From positions 1,234 through 65,233 of the forward strand of contig DASQJL010000096.1 of assembly GCA_035631035.1 (NCBI GenBank): a stretch of DNA of 64,000 nt, given 5' to 3'. Made by a program: the position numbers and the translations under genes. The notes under the pieces are model-generated. The model was not told the DNA's origin. It made no database searches and saw only the letters and a list, made by a program, of their open reading frames with translations. Each line of letters starts with the position of its first letter. Within the stretch, counting starts at the first letter, position 1. This DNA comes from Candidatus Binatia bacterium (GTDB taxonomy: Bacteria > Eisenbacteria > RBG-16-71-46 > SZUA-252). Below, one piece after another: positions 34,477 to 43,154 of this stretch.

Positions 34477-35061
34477 CTATGGGCGGGGCGGCTTGGAAGC
34501 GGGATAGAGGGTGCCCACCTGGCGCTCCCGATGGGCCGCGAACAGCGTTCGTTCGACCGCTCGCGCCGTGACGTCGAGCTCCGCCGCCACGCCCCGAAGC
34601 ACGTGGAGGAACTGGAACCACTGATCGAGGGTGAGCCCGGCGCCCCGGGCATTGCCCCGCACGGCGCCCATCGCGTGCAGCAGCTGCCACACGCGAATGT
34701 CGATCACGCCGTAGCGCCCGGGCTCGAGCATAGTGAGCACCGCGGAGGCCGAGGGGGCGGAGACGCCCCTCAGCGAGAGCAGGCGCTCGAAGCGCTCCCG
34801 CTCCTCCACGCTCCGGATCGCCGCTTCCGTGGCGGTGCGGACGCGGCGCGCGCCGTTTTCGCGGACGAGTCCCGTGGATCGCGGGGATTTCCAGCGGCAG
34901 ATCCGGATCAGCTCCCCCCTCGTGAGGTAGCCGCGGACGTTCGCGGGACGCACCGCTTCGATCAGGGAGGAAGTCGCCGGGTCCTCGACGGCGATCATCC
35001 GCTCCCGCACGAGCGCGATCAGGGAAGGTTCGGGGCGCGAGCCTGCGATCACGCCCCGCAT
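34477..35061 (-). CDS. hypothetical protein (third gene of HipA-like operon)
   Basis: 194-aa ORF with protein-like composition, starting 6 nt after the DUF3037-like gene stop. Confidence 0.45.
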   Translation of the reverse strand: MRGVIAGSRPEPSLIALVRERMIAVEDPATSSLIEAVRPANVRGYLTRGELIRICRWKSPRSTGLVRENGARRVRTATEAAIRSVEERERFERLLSLRGVSAPSASAVLTMLEPGRYGVIDIRVWQLLHAMGAVRGNARGAGLTLDQWFQFLHVLRGVAAELDVTARAVERTLFAAHRERQVGTLYPASKPPRP

Positions 35062-35067
35062 CCGCGG

Positions 35068-35466
35068 TCAGCTTCGCCGCGGCGTCCGGACCATCGTCTC
35101 GAGCAGGTGCTCGAGGAGTGCGGCCGGGTCCGTGCAGGCGCCGGTGTGGACGGCCGAGGTCTGGATGACCGTGCTGCGCGGCGCGGTGAGCCAGCGGAAG
35201 CGCTCCCGCTTCGAGAGGGCCCCGATCGGTCCCGCGGAGGGGCCGCCCGCGCAGATCGCGGGGAGGGTCGCCAAGTGGGCGCGGATCGTCGCAAGGTCGG
35301 CGCCGGGGTCCAGCGCGAGCAGCCGGCCCTCGTCCAGCTCGATGCGGGCCTCCAGGAAGTCGCTCGCCGGGCAGGAGACGATCGCTCCGGCATTGATGAA
35401 CTCCTCCCGCTCCACCTTCGGGACCACGCGGACGATGGCGTAATCGTACGGGCTAGGCTCGGGCAC
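35068..35466 (-). CDS. DUF3037-like small protein (partner of HipA-like kinase)
   Basis: N-terminal YDYAIVRVVPKVEREEFINAGAIV resembles the DUF3037 family. Overlaps the kinase gene by 14 nt. Confidence 0.6.
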   Translation of the reverse strand: MPEPSPYDYAIVRVVPKVEREEFINAGAIVSCPASDFLEARIELDEGRLLALDPGADLATIRAHLATLPAICAGGPSAGPIGALSKRERFRWLTAPRSTVIQTSAVHTGACTDPAALLEHLLETMVRTPRRS

Positions 35467-36217
35467 GGATCGCCTCTTCCAGGAAGGGCCGCGGCGTCTC
35501 CAGGCGGCGCGCCAGATACTTCACGTAGGCATCGCGATGCTCGGCGGCCGTCGCGAAGGGTGCGTCGACCAGCCAGGTGTCGGGGACCAGCGAGACGATG
35601 CGCCGCAGCTCGTCCGGAGTGACCCGCTTGTCCAGCGCGGCATCGGCTTCCTCCATCCGGGAGGCCGCGGGAAGGAGCACGTGGTCGCGAATCATCGGGA
35701 AGGGATCGCGGCTCCGCTCCAGCCAGTGCTCCCACGTGTGGTGGAAGTAGAGCGCCGATCCGTGGTCGATGAGCCACGTGCGCCGGTGCCACACGAGCAG
35801 GTTGGTATTGCGTGGCGTCCGGTCGATGTTCGTGACGAAGGCGTCGAACCAGACCACCAGGGATGCGAACCCCGGATCCGGCTTCTCCGCCACGGGATCG
35901 AACATGATCGAGCCCGGCAGGTAGTCGAGCGCCAGGTTCAGCCCGCCGCTCGCGCGGATCAGGTCCTGGATCTCCGGGTCGGGTTCCGTGCGCGCGAGGT
36001 CGGGGTCCAGCTCCACGAACACGATCTCCGGAACGGGAAGCCCGGCGGCGCGCGCGATCTCGCCGCACACGAGCTCCGCGATCAGCGCCTTGGCGCCATG
36101 TCCCGCGCCGCGGAACTTGAGCACGTACATGCCGTCGTCGTCGGCTTCGACGATCGCGGGCAGCGAGCCTCCCTCGCGGAGCGGGGTCACGTAGCGCGTG
36201 GCCGCGACCGTGCGCAT
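35453..36217 (-). CDS. HipA-like kinase family protein
   Basis: N-terminal TRYVTPLREGGSLPAIVEADDDGMYVLKFRGAGHG and the catalytic-loop-like VTNIDRTPRNTNLLVW...IDHGSALY. Confidence 0.7.
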   Translation of the reverse strand: MRTVAATRYVTPLREGGSLPAIVEADDDGMYVLKFRGAGHGAKALIAELVCGEIARAAGLPVPEIVFVELDPDLARTEPDPEIQDLIRASGGLNLALDYLPGSIMFDPVAEKPDPGFASLVVWFDAFVTNIDRTPRNTNLLVWHRRTWLIDHGSALYFHHTWEHWLERSRDPFPMIRDHVLLPAASRMEEADAALDKRVTPDELRRIVSLVPDTWLVDAPFATAAEHRDAYVKYLARRLETPRPFLEEAIRARA

Positions 36218-36234
36218 CTAGAGGGCGCGCCGCG

Positions 36235-36705
36235 TCATCGGCCCAGGAACCTGTCGATCTGCCGGCGGTGCCGCAGCACGTGCACGATCGCGTGCTCGAA
36301 GAGCTGCTCGAAGTCATAGATCGGTCCCCAGCGAACGGTCATCTTCATCTCGGTGCATTCCTGGTCCGTCATCTCCCAGTGGCCCTCGAGGGTCTCGGCC
36401 ATGTAGGCGAGCGTCTTCCGCATCTCGGCCGGCGTATCGGCGCGGCGGACCGGTTCGTCCCACCGGACCACGGGCTCCTTCTTCCAGTGCGTCCGCATGT
36501 AGTTCGCGTAGCCGTACCCGGCTCGGACCACGTGCCTCATGATGGTCTGGATCGAGCGGCAATCCTCGTCCTGGGTCGTGGTGTCGCGGACCCGATCGAA
36601 CTCCTCATCCGAGATCCCCTCCAGAATCCGGATCAGCTCCGCCGAGGCGCGCTCGTACTCGTCCATCAACGCGCCGACGGGTCCCTTCCTGTAGGTCTTG
36701 GCCAC
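36235..36705 (-). CDS. DinB/YfiT-like (DinB_2) protein
   Basis: GTG 4 nt after GGAGG, at residue 117 of the track ORF. Conserved His in IMRHVV and EHAIVHVLRHR. Confidence 0.7.
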   Translation of the reverse strand: MAKTYRKGPVGALMDEYERASAELIRILEGISDEEFDRVRDTTTQDEDCRSIQTIMRHVVRAGYGYANYMRTHWKKEPVVRWDEPVRRADTPAEMRKTLAYMAETLEGHWEMTDQECTEMKMTVRWGPIYDFEQLFEHAIVHVLRHRRQIDRFLGR

Positions 36706-36901
36706 GGCTCCTCCGCAAGGTGGTGTGTGGGCGGCGATTCTGGCCCAGGAACCGGCCGGAAGCCAAGGGCTGCTTCCAGCCATGGCCCTTCCCGGCGGTG
36801 AAGAATTCTCTGAGCGCGCCGATACCTTGGTAGCGCGCCGGGGGCCGGGGCTCCGCGTGGCGCGCCCTCGCCGCGACCCACCCTGCAACCGGAGCGAAAC
36901 C

Positions 36902-38173
36902 GTGGGCAAGAAGCACCGCTCGTTCAGGATATCGCTGCCCCCCGCCGTGGGCCGGATCGCGAAGGGGGCCCTCAAGAGCAAGCTCCTCATGGTGCTCGTG
37001 GGACTCTTCGTGCTCGGGTTCATCGCGGGAAAGCAGTCCGAGCCCGATCCCACCGGCGCGCCGTTCGAGGAGTTGTTCGAGAACCTGAGCGTCGTATCCT
37101 ACCGCGACTCTCCCTCGGACTCGGCCTCGCACTTCATGGTCGAGCTGTCCGCGCGCGGCAAGGTCTTCCGCGAGTACGACGTGGACGAGCAGCGTTTCGT
37201 GGAGCCCGCCCGCGGCCGCGACTACCGGCGCATGATCGGCGCCACTCGCTATGAGCCGCTCGTCGTGCGCGGCCACGTGGACCGCGGCTTCTGGCTGGAG
37301 CTGTCCAACCAGAAGAGCCCCGAGATCCTGCCCGACCAGTTCCAGGAGATGTACCAGACCACGCTGGACTACGTGAAACCGGTGTCGGTCATCGCCTCGA
37401 TCGCGGGGACGCTCTCCGGCTATTCCGTCGGATACCGCGCCGGCACGTGGGGCACCTCGCTCGCCAATCCCGCCGTGCAGAAGCGGGTGCTGTCGACCGC
37501 GGGCGTCGGGCGGATGATCACGCGCGAGGCCTGGCGCCGCGTGCTCCTGGAGCCCGTGGTGATGGGGCACGAGAGCGACCCCGAGCGGTTCGCCGCGGCG
37601 CGCGAGACCCAGCGGATCTACACGAACTTCTTCCGGCTCGCGCTGGCCGACAGCAACGACTTCATCCATGACGAGGCCCGGCGGCTCGACGCCGCGGGCT
37701 ACACGCGCGAGGCGATCGCCATGCTGGAGTTCACCTACTCGGCGCTGCGAGCGGCCGACGACACCGTGCACCTCGAGAGCGCCGATTTCCGGGCCGTCGA
37801 GGAATGGGCCAGCCTGATCGCGCACCGCGGCCACTGGGCGCCCACGTCGATCCCCGCATCGGGCGAGGCGCGCGTGCGCTACCTGGGGACCCTGGCCTAC
37901 TACGGCCTGACGCCGGTCGCCGACGACGCGCATCGGGTCTGGGTCGGGCCGCGCGTGCTGGTGAAGGATGGCGAGGAGGAGGGGTTCGTGGCGGACGAGA
38001 TCCCCTCGATCCGCGCCGCGTGTCCCTTGACGTGGCAGGACTGGCTGCGCCACGACACCACCGGGATGAGCAGCAACGAGTGGACGGCGCAGTGGATGAG
38101 GGAATCGAAGCAGCTCGCGCAGATGGTGAGTTTCGGAAAGCAGGTCGTGCGGCAGATGCAGCCCGCGCGGTAG
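36902..38173 (+). CDS. membrane-anchored hypothetical protein
   Basis: GTG start; basic N-terminus, then one TM (LLMVLVGLFVLGFIAG), then a roughly 380-aa soluble domain with no recognised motif. Confidence 0.55.
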   Translation: MGKKHRSFRISLPPAVGRIAKGALKSKLLMVLVGLFVLGFIAGKQSEPDPTGAPFEELFENLSVVSYRDSPSDSASHFMVELSARGKVFREYDVDEQRFVEPARGRDYRRMIGATRYEPLVVRGHVDRGFWLELSNQKSPEILPDQFQEMYQTTLDYVKPVSVIASIAGTLSGYSVGYRAGTWGTSLANPAVQKRVLSTAGVGRMITREAWRRVLLEPVVMGHESDPERFAAARETQRIYTNFFRLALADSNDFIHDEARRLDAAGYTREAIAMLEFTYSALRAADDTVHLESADFRAVEEWASLIAHRGHWAPTSIPASGEARVRYLGTLAYYGLTPVADDAHRVWVGPRVLVKDGEEEGFVADEIPSIRAACPLTWQDWLRHDTTGMSSNEWTAQWMRESKQLAQMVSFGKQVVRQMQPAR

Positions 38174-38184
38174 GGCCCCGTCCG

Positions 38185-38568
38185 CTACGCGTCGCCCGTG
38201 GGAATGATCCCACGTCGCTCCACCATCAAGATCACGGTGCGCTCCGGGGCGCGCGTCCGGTGCACCACGCCCCTGGGCACCACGAATCCCTGCTGCGGCG
38301 ACAGCTCCACCGTGCGGCTCTCCAGGTCGATCAGCAGCCGGCCCTCCACCACGAAGAAGAACTCGTCCTCCTCGTCATGCTTGTGCCAGTGGTATTCCCC
38401 TCGGATCACGCCGAGTCGCACGACCGAATCGTTCACCTGGCAGAGGGTCTGGTTGTACCAGGGATGGGTGCAGGCGGCGGCGAGCGCGGAAACGTCGATC
38501 AGCTCCAAGGGCTCATAGCGCACGTCCATGTGCGTGTCGTAAGGGTAGTTCTTGGGGTCGTCGGCCAT
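38185..38568 (-). CDS. cupin-domain protein
   Basis: Cupin motifs GEYHWHKHDEEDEFFFVVEG and VVPRGVVHR. ATG 6 nt after GAGGAG. Divergent from lexA with a shared 101-bp intergenic region. Confidence 0.75.
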   Translation of the reverse strand: MADDPKNYPYDTHMDVRYEPLELIDVSALAAACTHPWYNQTLCQVNDSVVRLGVIRGEYHWHKHDEEDEFFFVVEGRLLIDLESRTVELSPQQGFVVPRGVVHRTRAPERTVILMVERRGIIPTGDA

Positions 38569-38629
38569 GCTCCACTCCTCGGGAAAAGGACAAGAACGGC
38601 TGAGGATACTCCTCGGCTGAGCCGCCCCC

Positions 38630-38658
38630 TTGACAACTGCACAAACGTTCACTATCTT
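38630..38658 (+). promoter_or_regulatory. lexA promoter (TTGACA-N17-TATCTT) with embedded LexA box TGCACAAACGTTCA (38638-38651)
   Basis: Consensus -35, 17-nt spacer, -10. The spacer contains a TGCAC-N4-GTKCA imperfect palindrome. The -10 ends 11 nt before the lexA ATG, so the transcript is near-leaderless. Confidence 0.55.
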
Positions 38659-38669
38659 CCTTTTCAGCC

Positions 38670-39428
38670 ATGAAGAAGAAGCCCAACCCCAGCGGGGCCC
38701 GGGGAAAGCGGCCCCCCACGCGCACGCCCTCTCCCGAGGCGATCCTCTCCTACATCGAGGAGTCGCTTCGCGATACGGGCCGCCCGCCCACGATTCGGGA
38801 AATCGGAGCCGTCTTCGGGATCGCCTCCACCAATGGAGTCCGCTACCACCTCGATAAGCTGGAGCGGGAAGGCAGGATCCGGCGGGATCGATTCACCAGT
38901 CGAGGCATCGAAGTACAGTTGGCCGGCGGGCGCGGCGCGACGCATATGGACACCTTGCCCTCCATGTCGCCCGCGTTTCGCCGAGCCAACGTTCCTCGAG
39001 GGACTGTGGCTGGCGTCCCCGGTGGCCTTGAACGGGATCTCCTTGAAGTCCCCCTCCTGGGCCACGTCGCCGCCGGCGCGCCCCTCCTCGCCGAAGAGCA
39101 CATCGAGGACACCCTGACCCTCGACCCGGCGATGGTGCGGCCCGGCGGCAAGCACTTCGCCCTGCGGGTGCGCGGCGACAGCATGAAGAACGCCGGGATC
39201 CTGGACGGCGACGTGGTCATCGTCCGGCACGACACTCCCGTGAAGAGCGGCGAGATCGCCGTCGTGCTGATCGGCGACGAAGCCACCGTGAAGCGCTTCT
39301 TTCCGCGGCGCGACAAGCTCCTGCTATTTCCTGAAAACGAAGACTACGAACCGATCGAAGTGCGTCCGGCCGATCCCGACGTGCGGGTGGCGGGCAAGGT
39401 GGTGGGTGTATTTCGGAGGCTCGGCTGA
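38670..39428 (+). CDS. lexA: LexA repressor (S24 peptidase)
   Basis: HTH (PPTIREIGAVFGIASTNGVRYHL), cleavage-site region VAAG, catalytic Ser in GDSM and Lys in VKRF. Lineage-specific basic N-terminal tail. Confidence 0.95.
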   Translation: MKKKPNPSGARGKRPPTRTPSPEAILSYIEESLRDTGRPPTIREIGAVFGIASTNGVRYHLDKLEREGRIRRDRFTSRGIEVQLAGGRGATHMDTLPSMSPAFRRANVPRGTVAGVPGGLERDLLEVPLLGHVAAGAPLLAEEHIEDTLTLDPAMVRPGGKHFALRVRGDSMKNAGILDGDVVIVRHDTPVKSGEIAVVLIGDEATVKRFFPRRDKLLLFPENEDYEPIEVRPADPDVRVAGKVVGVFRRLG

Positions 39429-39472
39429 TGCTCCATGCGCGATCGTTTCCATCCGAGAGAGACGGCTACTTC

Positions 39473-39724
39473 ATGATCGAGTCCATCCACGACCCCATCG
39501 AGGTCATCACCATGTTCTCCGGCGGAACGATGAAGCCGATCCGCTTCCGCTGGAAGAACAAGACCGTGCGCATCGCCAAGGTGACGGGGGACTGGGTCCG
39601 GCACGAGGGGGAGAACAAGGTCCACTACTTCGCGCTTCTCGCCGACAACGCGGACTACTACGAGATCCGCTACGACGCGCGCGAGATGACCTGGCAGCTC
39701 ACGCGGGTGTGGATGGAGGGGTAG
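39473..39724 (+). CDS. small Lys-rich protein co-transcribed with lexA (83 aa; hypothetical)
   Basis: Begins 45 nt after the lexA stop in a frame contiguous with a TGATG overlap ORF. Sequence MIESIHDPIEVITMFSGGTMKPIRFRWKNKTVRIAKV...; a high Lys/Ile content in a 70% GC genome argues for real coding. Confidence 0.6.
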   Translation: MIESIHDPIEVITMFSGGTMKPIRFRWKNKTVRIAKVTGDWVRHEGENKVHYFALLADNADYYEIRYDAREMTWQLTRVWMEG

Positions 39725-40193
39725 CCCCGCTCCACGTCCACGAGCCGAGCAGGCGCTCACGCCGGCGCCCGGGCCAGCGGCGGAACTCCTCGGACGGAAC
39801 GAACCCGAGCAGGCTGTCGCAGTCCTGGCGCCGGATGAAGCGGACCCACCCCGACAGCGGTTCCCGAACGAGAACGACACGGCCGGCGAAGATCTCCTCC
39901 AGCGCTCCGATGACGGCGCCGAGGATGGCTCCATCGGACGCCGCGCCCCAGACCAGGATCTTCTCGGCGGGACCGGGAGGGACGCCGTCGTCGTAGGCGA
40001 TCGTCGCCCCCTCCTCGTAGAGGTCGGCGCGAAGCTCATGTCCGGGGCGGCCCGGCACCGGCAGACGGACCGACATGTGGACCGTCATGGAATCCACGCT
40101 CGGGTCCAGCTCCGGATGAAGGGCCCGTAGACGCGCGGCCAGGAGCGTCGCGACCCGGCGGGTCTGCTCGGTCAGGGTGAGCGCGTGCTTCAA
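39699..40193 (-). CDS. hypothetical protein, candidate only (TTG start overlapping HAD stop)
   Basis: High-GC3 minus-strand ORF downstream of the HAD gene in a TTGA arrangement; not Arg/Pro-dominated. Alternative ATG at 40088. Convergently overlaps the 3-prime end of the lexA-operon small gene by 26 nt. Confidence 0.35.
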   Translation of the reverse strand: MKHALTLTEQTRRVATLLAARLRALHPELDPSVDSMTVHMSVRLPVPGRPGHELRADLYEEGATIAYDDGVPPGPAEKILVWGAASDGAILGAVIGALEEIFAGRVVLVREPLSGWVRFIRRQDCDSLLGFVPSEEFRRWPGRRRERLLGSWTWSGATPPSTPA

Positions 40194-40939
40194 GGGATCG
40201 CGCCCTCGTCGACATGCCCCGGGGCATGTCGCAGCTCGGACAGGCTGCGCACGATGCGATCGGGGCGTACGTCGCTGCCCGATGGGATCCCCGCGCCTCC
40301 TCGGTCGATCCAGATGGCGTAGATCCCGAGGCGCTGCGGGGCGGCGACGTCCCATTCGAGATTGTCCCCGGCCATCCAGGTCTCGTGCGGCGCGGCCTGC
40401 AGCTCGTCCAGCGCGATCCGGTACACGCGCGGATCGGGCTTGCCGTAACCCAGCTCCCCCTCGATCAGAACCAAATCGAAGAGCTCGGCCAGCTGAAAGC
40501 GCACCACCTTGCTCCTCTGGGCAGCCGCGGCGCCGTTCGTGAGGAGGGCCAGCCTGCGGCCGCTCTGCTTGAACCAGCGCACGGTCTCGATCGCATCCTC
40601 CAGCGGCTGGAGGCCCAGGTGCCGCTGGGCGCGATAGTGCTCCGCGATCTTCTCGGCCAGCTCCGGCGACTCGAGCCCGATCTCCACGAGCGAAGCGCGT
40701 ACGACCTCCCGCCGCGCGGCATCCAGGTCCAGGCGCCCCTCCCGATGGCGCTCGGGATCGGACCAGAACCACGCGCGCGTTTTCTCGATGACGGCGTGGA
40801 GCGCGGAGGGATCGACCGCGCCCAGCTCGTCGCGGTGGGCGCGGCAGGCCTCCAACCAGCAGTGGGAGACGTTGCCGCTGTCGTCGAGGATCGTGTCGTC
40901 GAGATCGAGGAGGACGGCCTTGGGAAGGGCTCCGGTCAC
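40190..40939 (-). CDS. HAD-superfamily hydrolase
   Basis: Motif I LLDLDDTI, motif II LTNG, motif IV GDNLEWD. Confidence 0.85.
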   Translation of the reverse strand: MTGALPKAVLLDLDDTILDDSGNVSHCWLEACRAHRDELGAVDPSALHAVIEKTRAWFWSDPERHREGRLDLDAARREVVRASLVEIGLESPELAEKIAEHYRAQRHLGLQPLEDAIETVRWFKQSGRRLALLTNGAAAAQRSKVVRFQLAELFDLVLIEGELGYGKPDPRVYRIALDELQAAPHETWMAGDNLEWDVAAPQRLGIYAIWIDRGGAGIPSGSDVRPDRIVRSLSELRHAPGHVDEGAIP

Positions 40940-40949
40940 GGGCGCCGTC

Positions 40950-41750
40950 TCAAGCCCTGCTCCCGCGCACGGCCCACGCGCGCGCGATCAGGTGGATCGA
41001 GCCGTCCGCCTCGACCGGCAGCCGCGAGCGGATTCGGTCCCGCAGCGCGCCCCGGCGCGCCTCTTCCAGCGACATGGCGTAGCCCGGCGCGGGGCCCTGG
41101 CCGCCGAGGAAGGGGGACCAGTAGTCGTCGAAATCGCGAAACACGGTCGGGACGTCGATCGCACGCGTCCGGACGTCGCTCAGGTGCCCTCCGGAAAATA
41201 CATCGGCGAGCGCCTCGGGGTGGCAGAGCGGGAATCGGGTCCCTTCGTCCAGCTCGCGGGCCGCGGGATCGAGGGCGATGGCGGCGTCCCAGAAATGCCG
41301 GAGCAGCTCCATGCGCCCCGAGTAGTCCCAGACATAGGCCGCGGCGACGCCTCCGGGGCGGAGCGCGCGAGACATCTCGCCCACGGCGAGTGCCGGCTCC
41401 GGAACGAAGTTGAGGAGCAGGGCGGAAACCGCTGCGTCCACCGAGGCGTCCTCGACCGGAAGCGATCGGGCGTCGCCCACCTCGAACGTCGCGACCGTGC
41501 GCTCCCCGATGCGCGCACGGGCGTAGTCGACGTACGCGGGGGAGGCGTCGATGCTCCGCACCGACCGGGGGCTGGAGCGATCGAGAAGGGTCTGGGTCAA
41601 GGCACCGGTGCCGCACCCGACGTCGAGCCAGGCCCTGCCCGGCGGCACGTCGAGCCACGCGAGGAATTCGGGGGCCACGCGACGGCTCCATCGGCCGACG
41701 AAGGGCTCGTAGAGGTCGCCCGCGGCCCAGACGTCTTCGGGGGTCATCAC
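40950..41750 (-). CDS. class I SAM-dependent methyltransferase (Methyltransf_11-like)
   Basis: Motif I LDVGCGTGALT. Divergent from dinB, with 132 bp between them. Confidence 0.85.
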   Translation of the reverse strand: MMTPEDVWAAGDLYEPFVGRWSRRVAPEFLAWLDVPPGRAWLDVGCGTGALTQTLLDRSSPRSVRSIDASPAYVDYARARIGERTVATFEVGDARSLPVEDASVDAAVSALLLNFVPEPALAVGEMSRALRPGGVAAAYVWDYSGRMELLRHFWDAAIALDPAARELDEGTRFPLCHPEALADVFSGGHLSDVRTRAIDVPTVFRDFDDYWSPFLGGQGPAPGYAMSLEEARRGALRDRIRSRLPVEADGSIHLIARAWAVRGSRA

Positions 41751-41781
41751 GACAGTTTACTTGCCCCTTGCGGGCGCCATC

Positions 41782-41810
41782 TTGACAACTGCACAAATGT
41801 GCAATATCGT
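41782..41810 (+). promoter_or_regulatory. dinB promoter (TTGACA-N17-TATCGT) with embedded perfect LexA box TGCACAAATGTGCA (41790-41803)
   Basis: The 16 nt CTTGACAACTGCACAAA are identical to the lexA promoter. The spacer holds a perfect palindrome TGCACA-AA-TGTGCA. Confidence 0.55.
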
Positions 41811-41882
41811 AGTCGTGTGACCTGCTTGAGGCGCCTCGCCAGTCCTCGATCGTGGAACGCAGAGCCCTGGGAGTGACCTTCC

Positions 41883-43154
41883 GTGCGGATCGTGGCGCAC
41901 ATCGACATGGATGCCTTTTTCGCCTCGGTCGAGGAGAAGCTGAACCCGCGGCTCGCGGGAAAGCCGCTGGTCGTGGGAGGGTCCAGGGACAGCCGCGGGG
42001 TCGTCTCGGCGGCCAACTACGCGGCGCGTCCGTACGGGATCCACGCCGGCATGCCGATTGCCGAGGCGGTGCGCCTCTGTCCTGAAGCGGCCTTCATCGA
42101 AGGCGACCCCAGGAAGTACGTTCACATCTCTCTCCAGATCCTCGACACGCTGAAAGACTTCACCCCCATCGTCGAGCCGTTCAGCATCGACGAGGCGTTC
42201 CTCGACCTGACCGCGGTGGAGCGTCTTCGTCCTCGAACGGAAGACGGCGACCACGAGACCTGCCTGAACGCGGCGATCCCGCTCGCCCAGGCGATCCAGC
42301 GCGCGGTGCATCGGCGCGTGGGGCTGACGGCCTCGATCGGGATCGCCCCCAACAAGTACGTCGCCAAGATGGGGAGCGGCCTCCGGAAGCCGAACGGGCT
42401 CACGGTGCTCTCGATCCGCCGCTTTCGCGAGATCTTCGAATCGAAGCCGGTCAACGAGCTGTGGGGGATCGGAGAGAAGACGGCGGCTTCGCTCGCCACA
42501 CTCGGCATCCGCACGGCGGGGCAGCTCGCCCGCTTTCCCCGGGAGTTCCTGACCTATCATTTCGGGCTGAGCGGCGATCACATGCAGGATGCCGCGCGGG
42601 GCGACGACGAATCCGAGGTGGTGCCCTACTTCGAAGGGGTGCCGGTCAAGTCGATGGGGCACGAGTACACGCTGCCGGAGGACGTGTCGGATCGCGAGCG
42701 CATCCGCGCGCACCTCCTCCGCCTGAGCGATCAGGTGGGCCGACGCCTTCGCGTCGACGGATACCTGGGCCGTGTGATCGCGGTGAAGTTCCGCAATGCG
42801 CGCTTCAAGACCACCATCCGCCAGCGCGCGCTGGCCGAGGTGACCGACGACGAGAACGTCATCTATGGCACCGCGTGCATCCTCCTCGACGAGAACTGGG
42901 ACGGAAAGCCGCTGCGCCTGGTCGGCGTCTCGGTGTCGGACCTCGTCTCGGCGCAGGGATTCCATCAGCACGATCTCTTCTCCACCGACGAGCGCCGGCG
43001 AAGAATGACCGAGGCTGCGGATTCGCTGCGGAACAAGTTCGGGGACGCGGTCCTGGTGCGGGCGGGAGCGCTGGATCATGGCGACACGCAGCGCCTCTCT
43101 CGTGAGGGAGCCAGTCGGAGTCTCGTCCGGGTCCTCGCCGACGAGCGACGATGA
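41883..43154 (+). CDS. dinB: DNA polymerase IV (Y-family translesion polymerase)
   Basis: N-terminal MRIVAHIDMDAFFASVEE with catalytic Asp, SIDEAFLD, and palm/fingers/little-finger layout. GTG start. Confidence 0.95.
   Translation: MRIVAHIDMDAFFASVEEKLNPRLAGKPLVVGGSRDSRGVVSAANYAARPYGIHAGMPIAEAVRLCPEAAFIEGDPRKYVHISLQILDTLKDFTPIVEPFSIDEAFLDLTAVERLRPRTEDGDHETCLNAAIPLAQAIQRAVHRRVGLTASIGIAPNKYVAKMGSGLRKPNGLTVLSIRRFREIFESKPVNELWGIGEKTAASLATLGIRTAGQLARFPREFLTYHFGLSGDHMQDAARGDDESEVVPYFEGVPVKSMGHEYTLPEDVSDRERIRAHLLRLSDQVGRRLRVDGYLGRVIAVKFRNARFKTTIRQRALAEVTDDENVIYGTACILLDENWDGKPLRLVGVSVSDLVSAQGFHQHDLFSTDERRRRMTEAADSLRNKFGDAVLVRAGALDHGDTQRLSREGASRSLVRVLADERR

Noticed and set aside
36605-38053. 482-aa minus-strand ORF
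   Set aside because: Antisense to the 36902..38173 membrane-anchored protein gene. Arg/Gly/Pro-rich.
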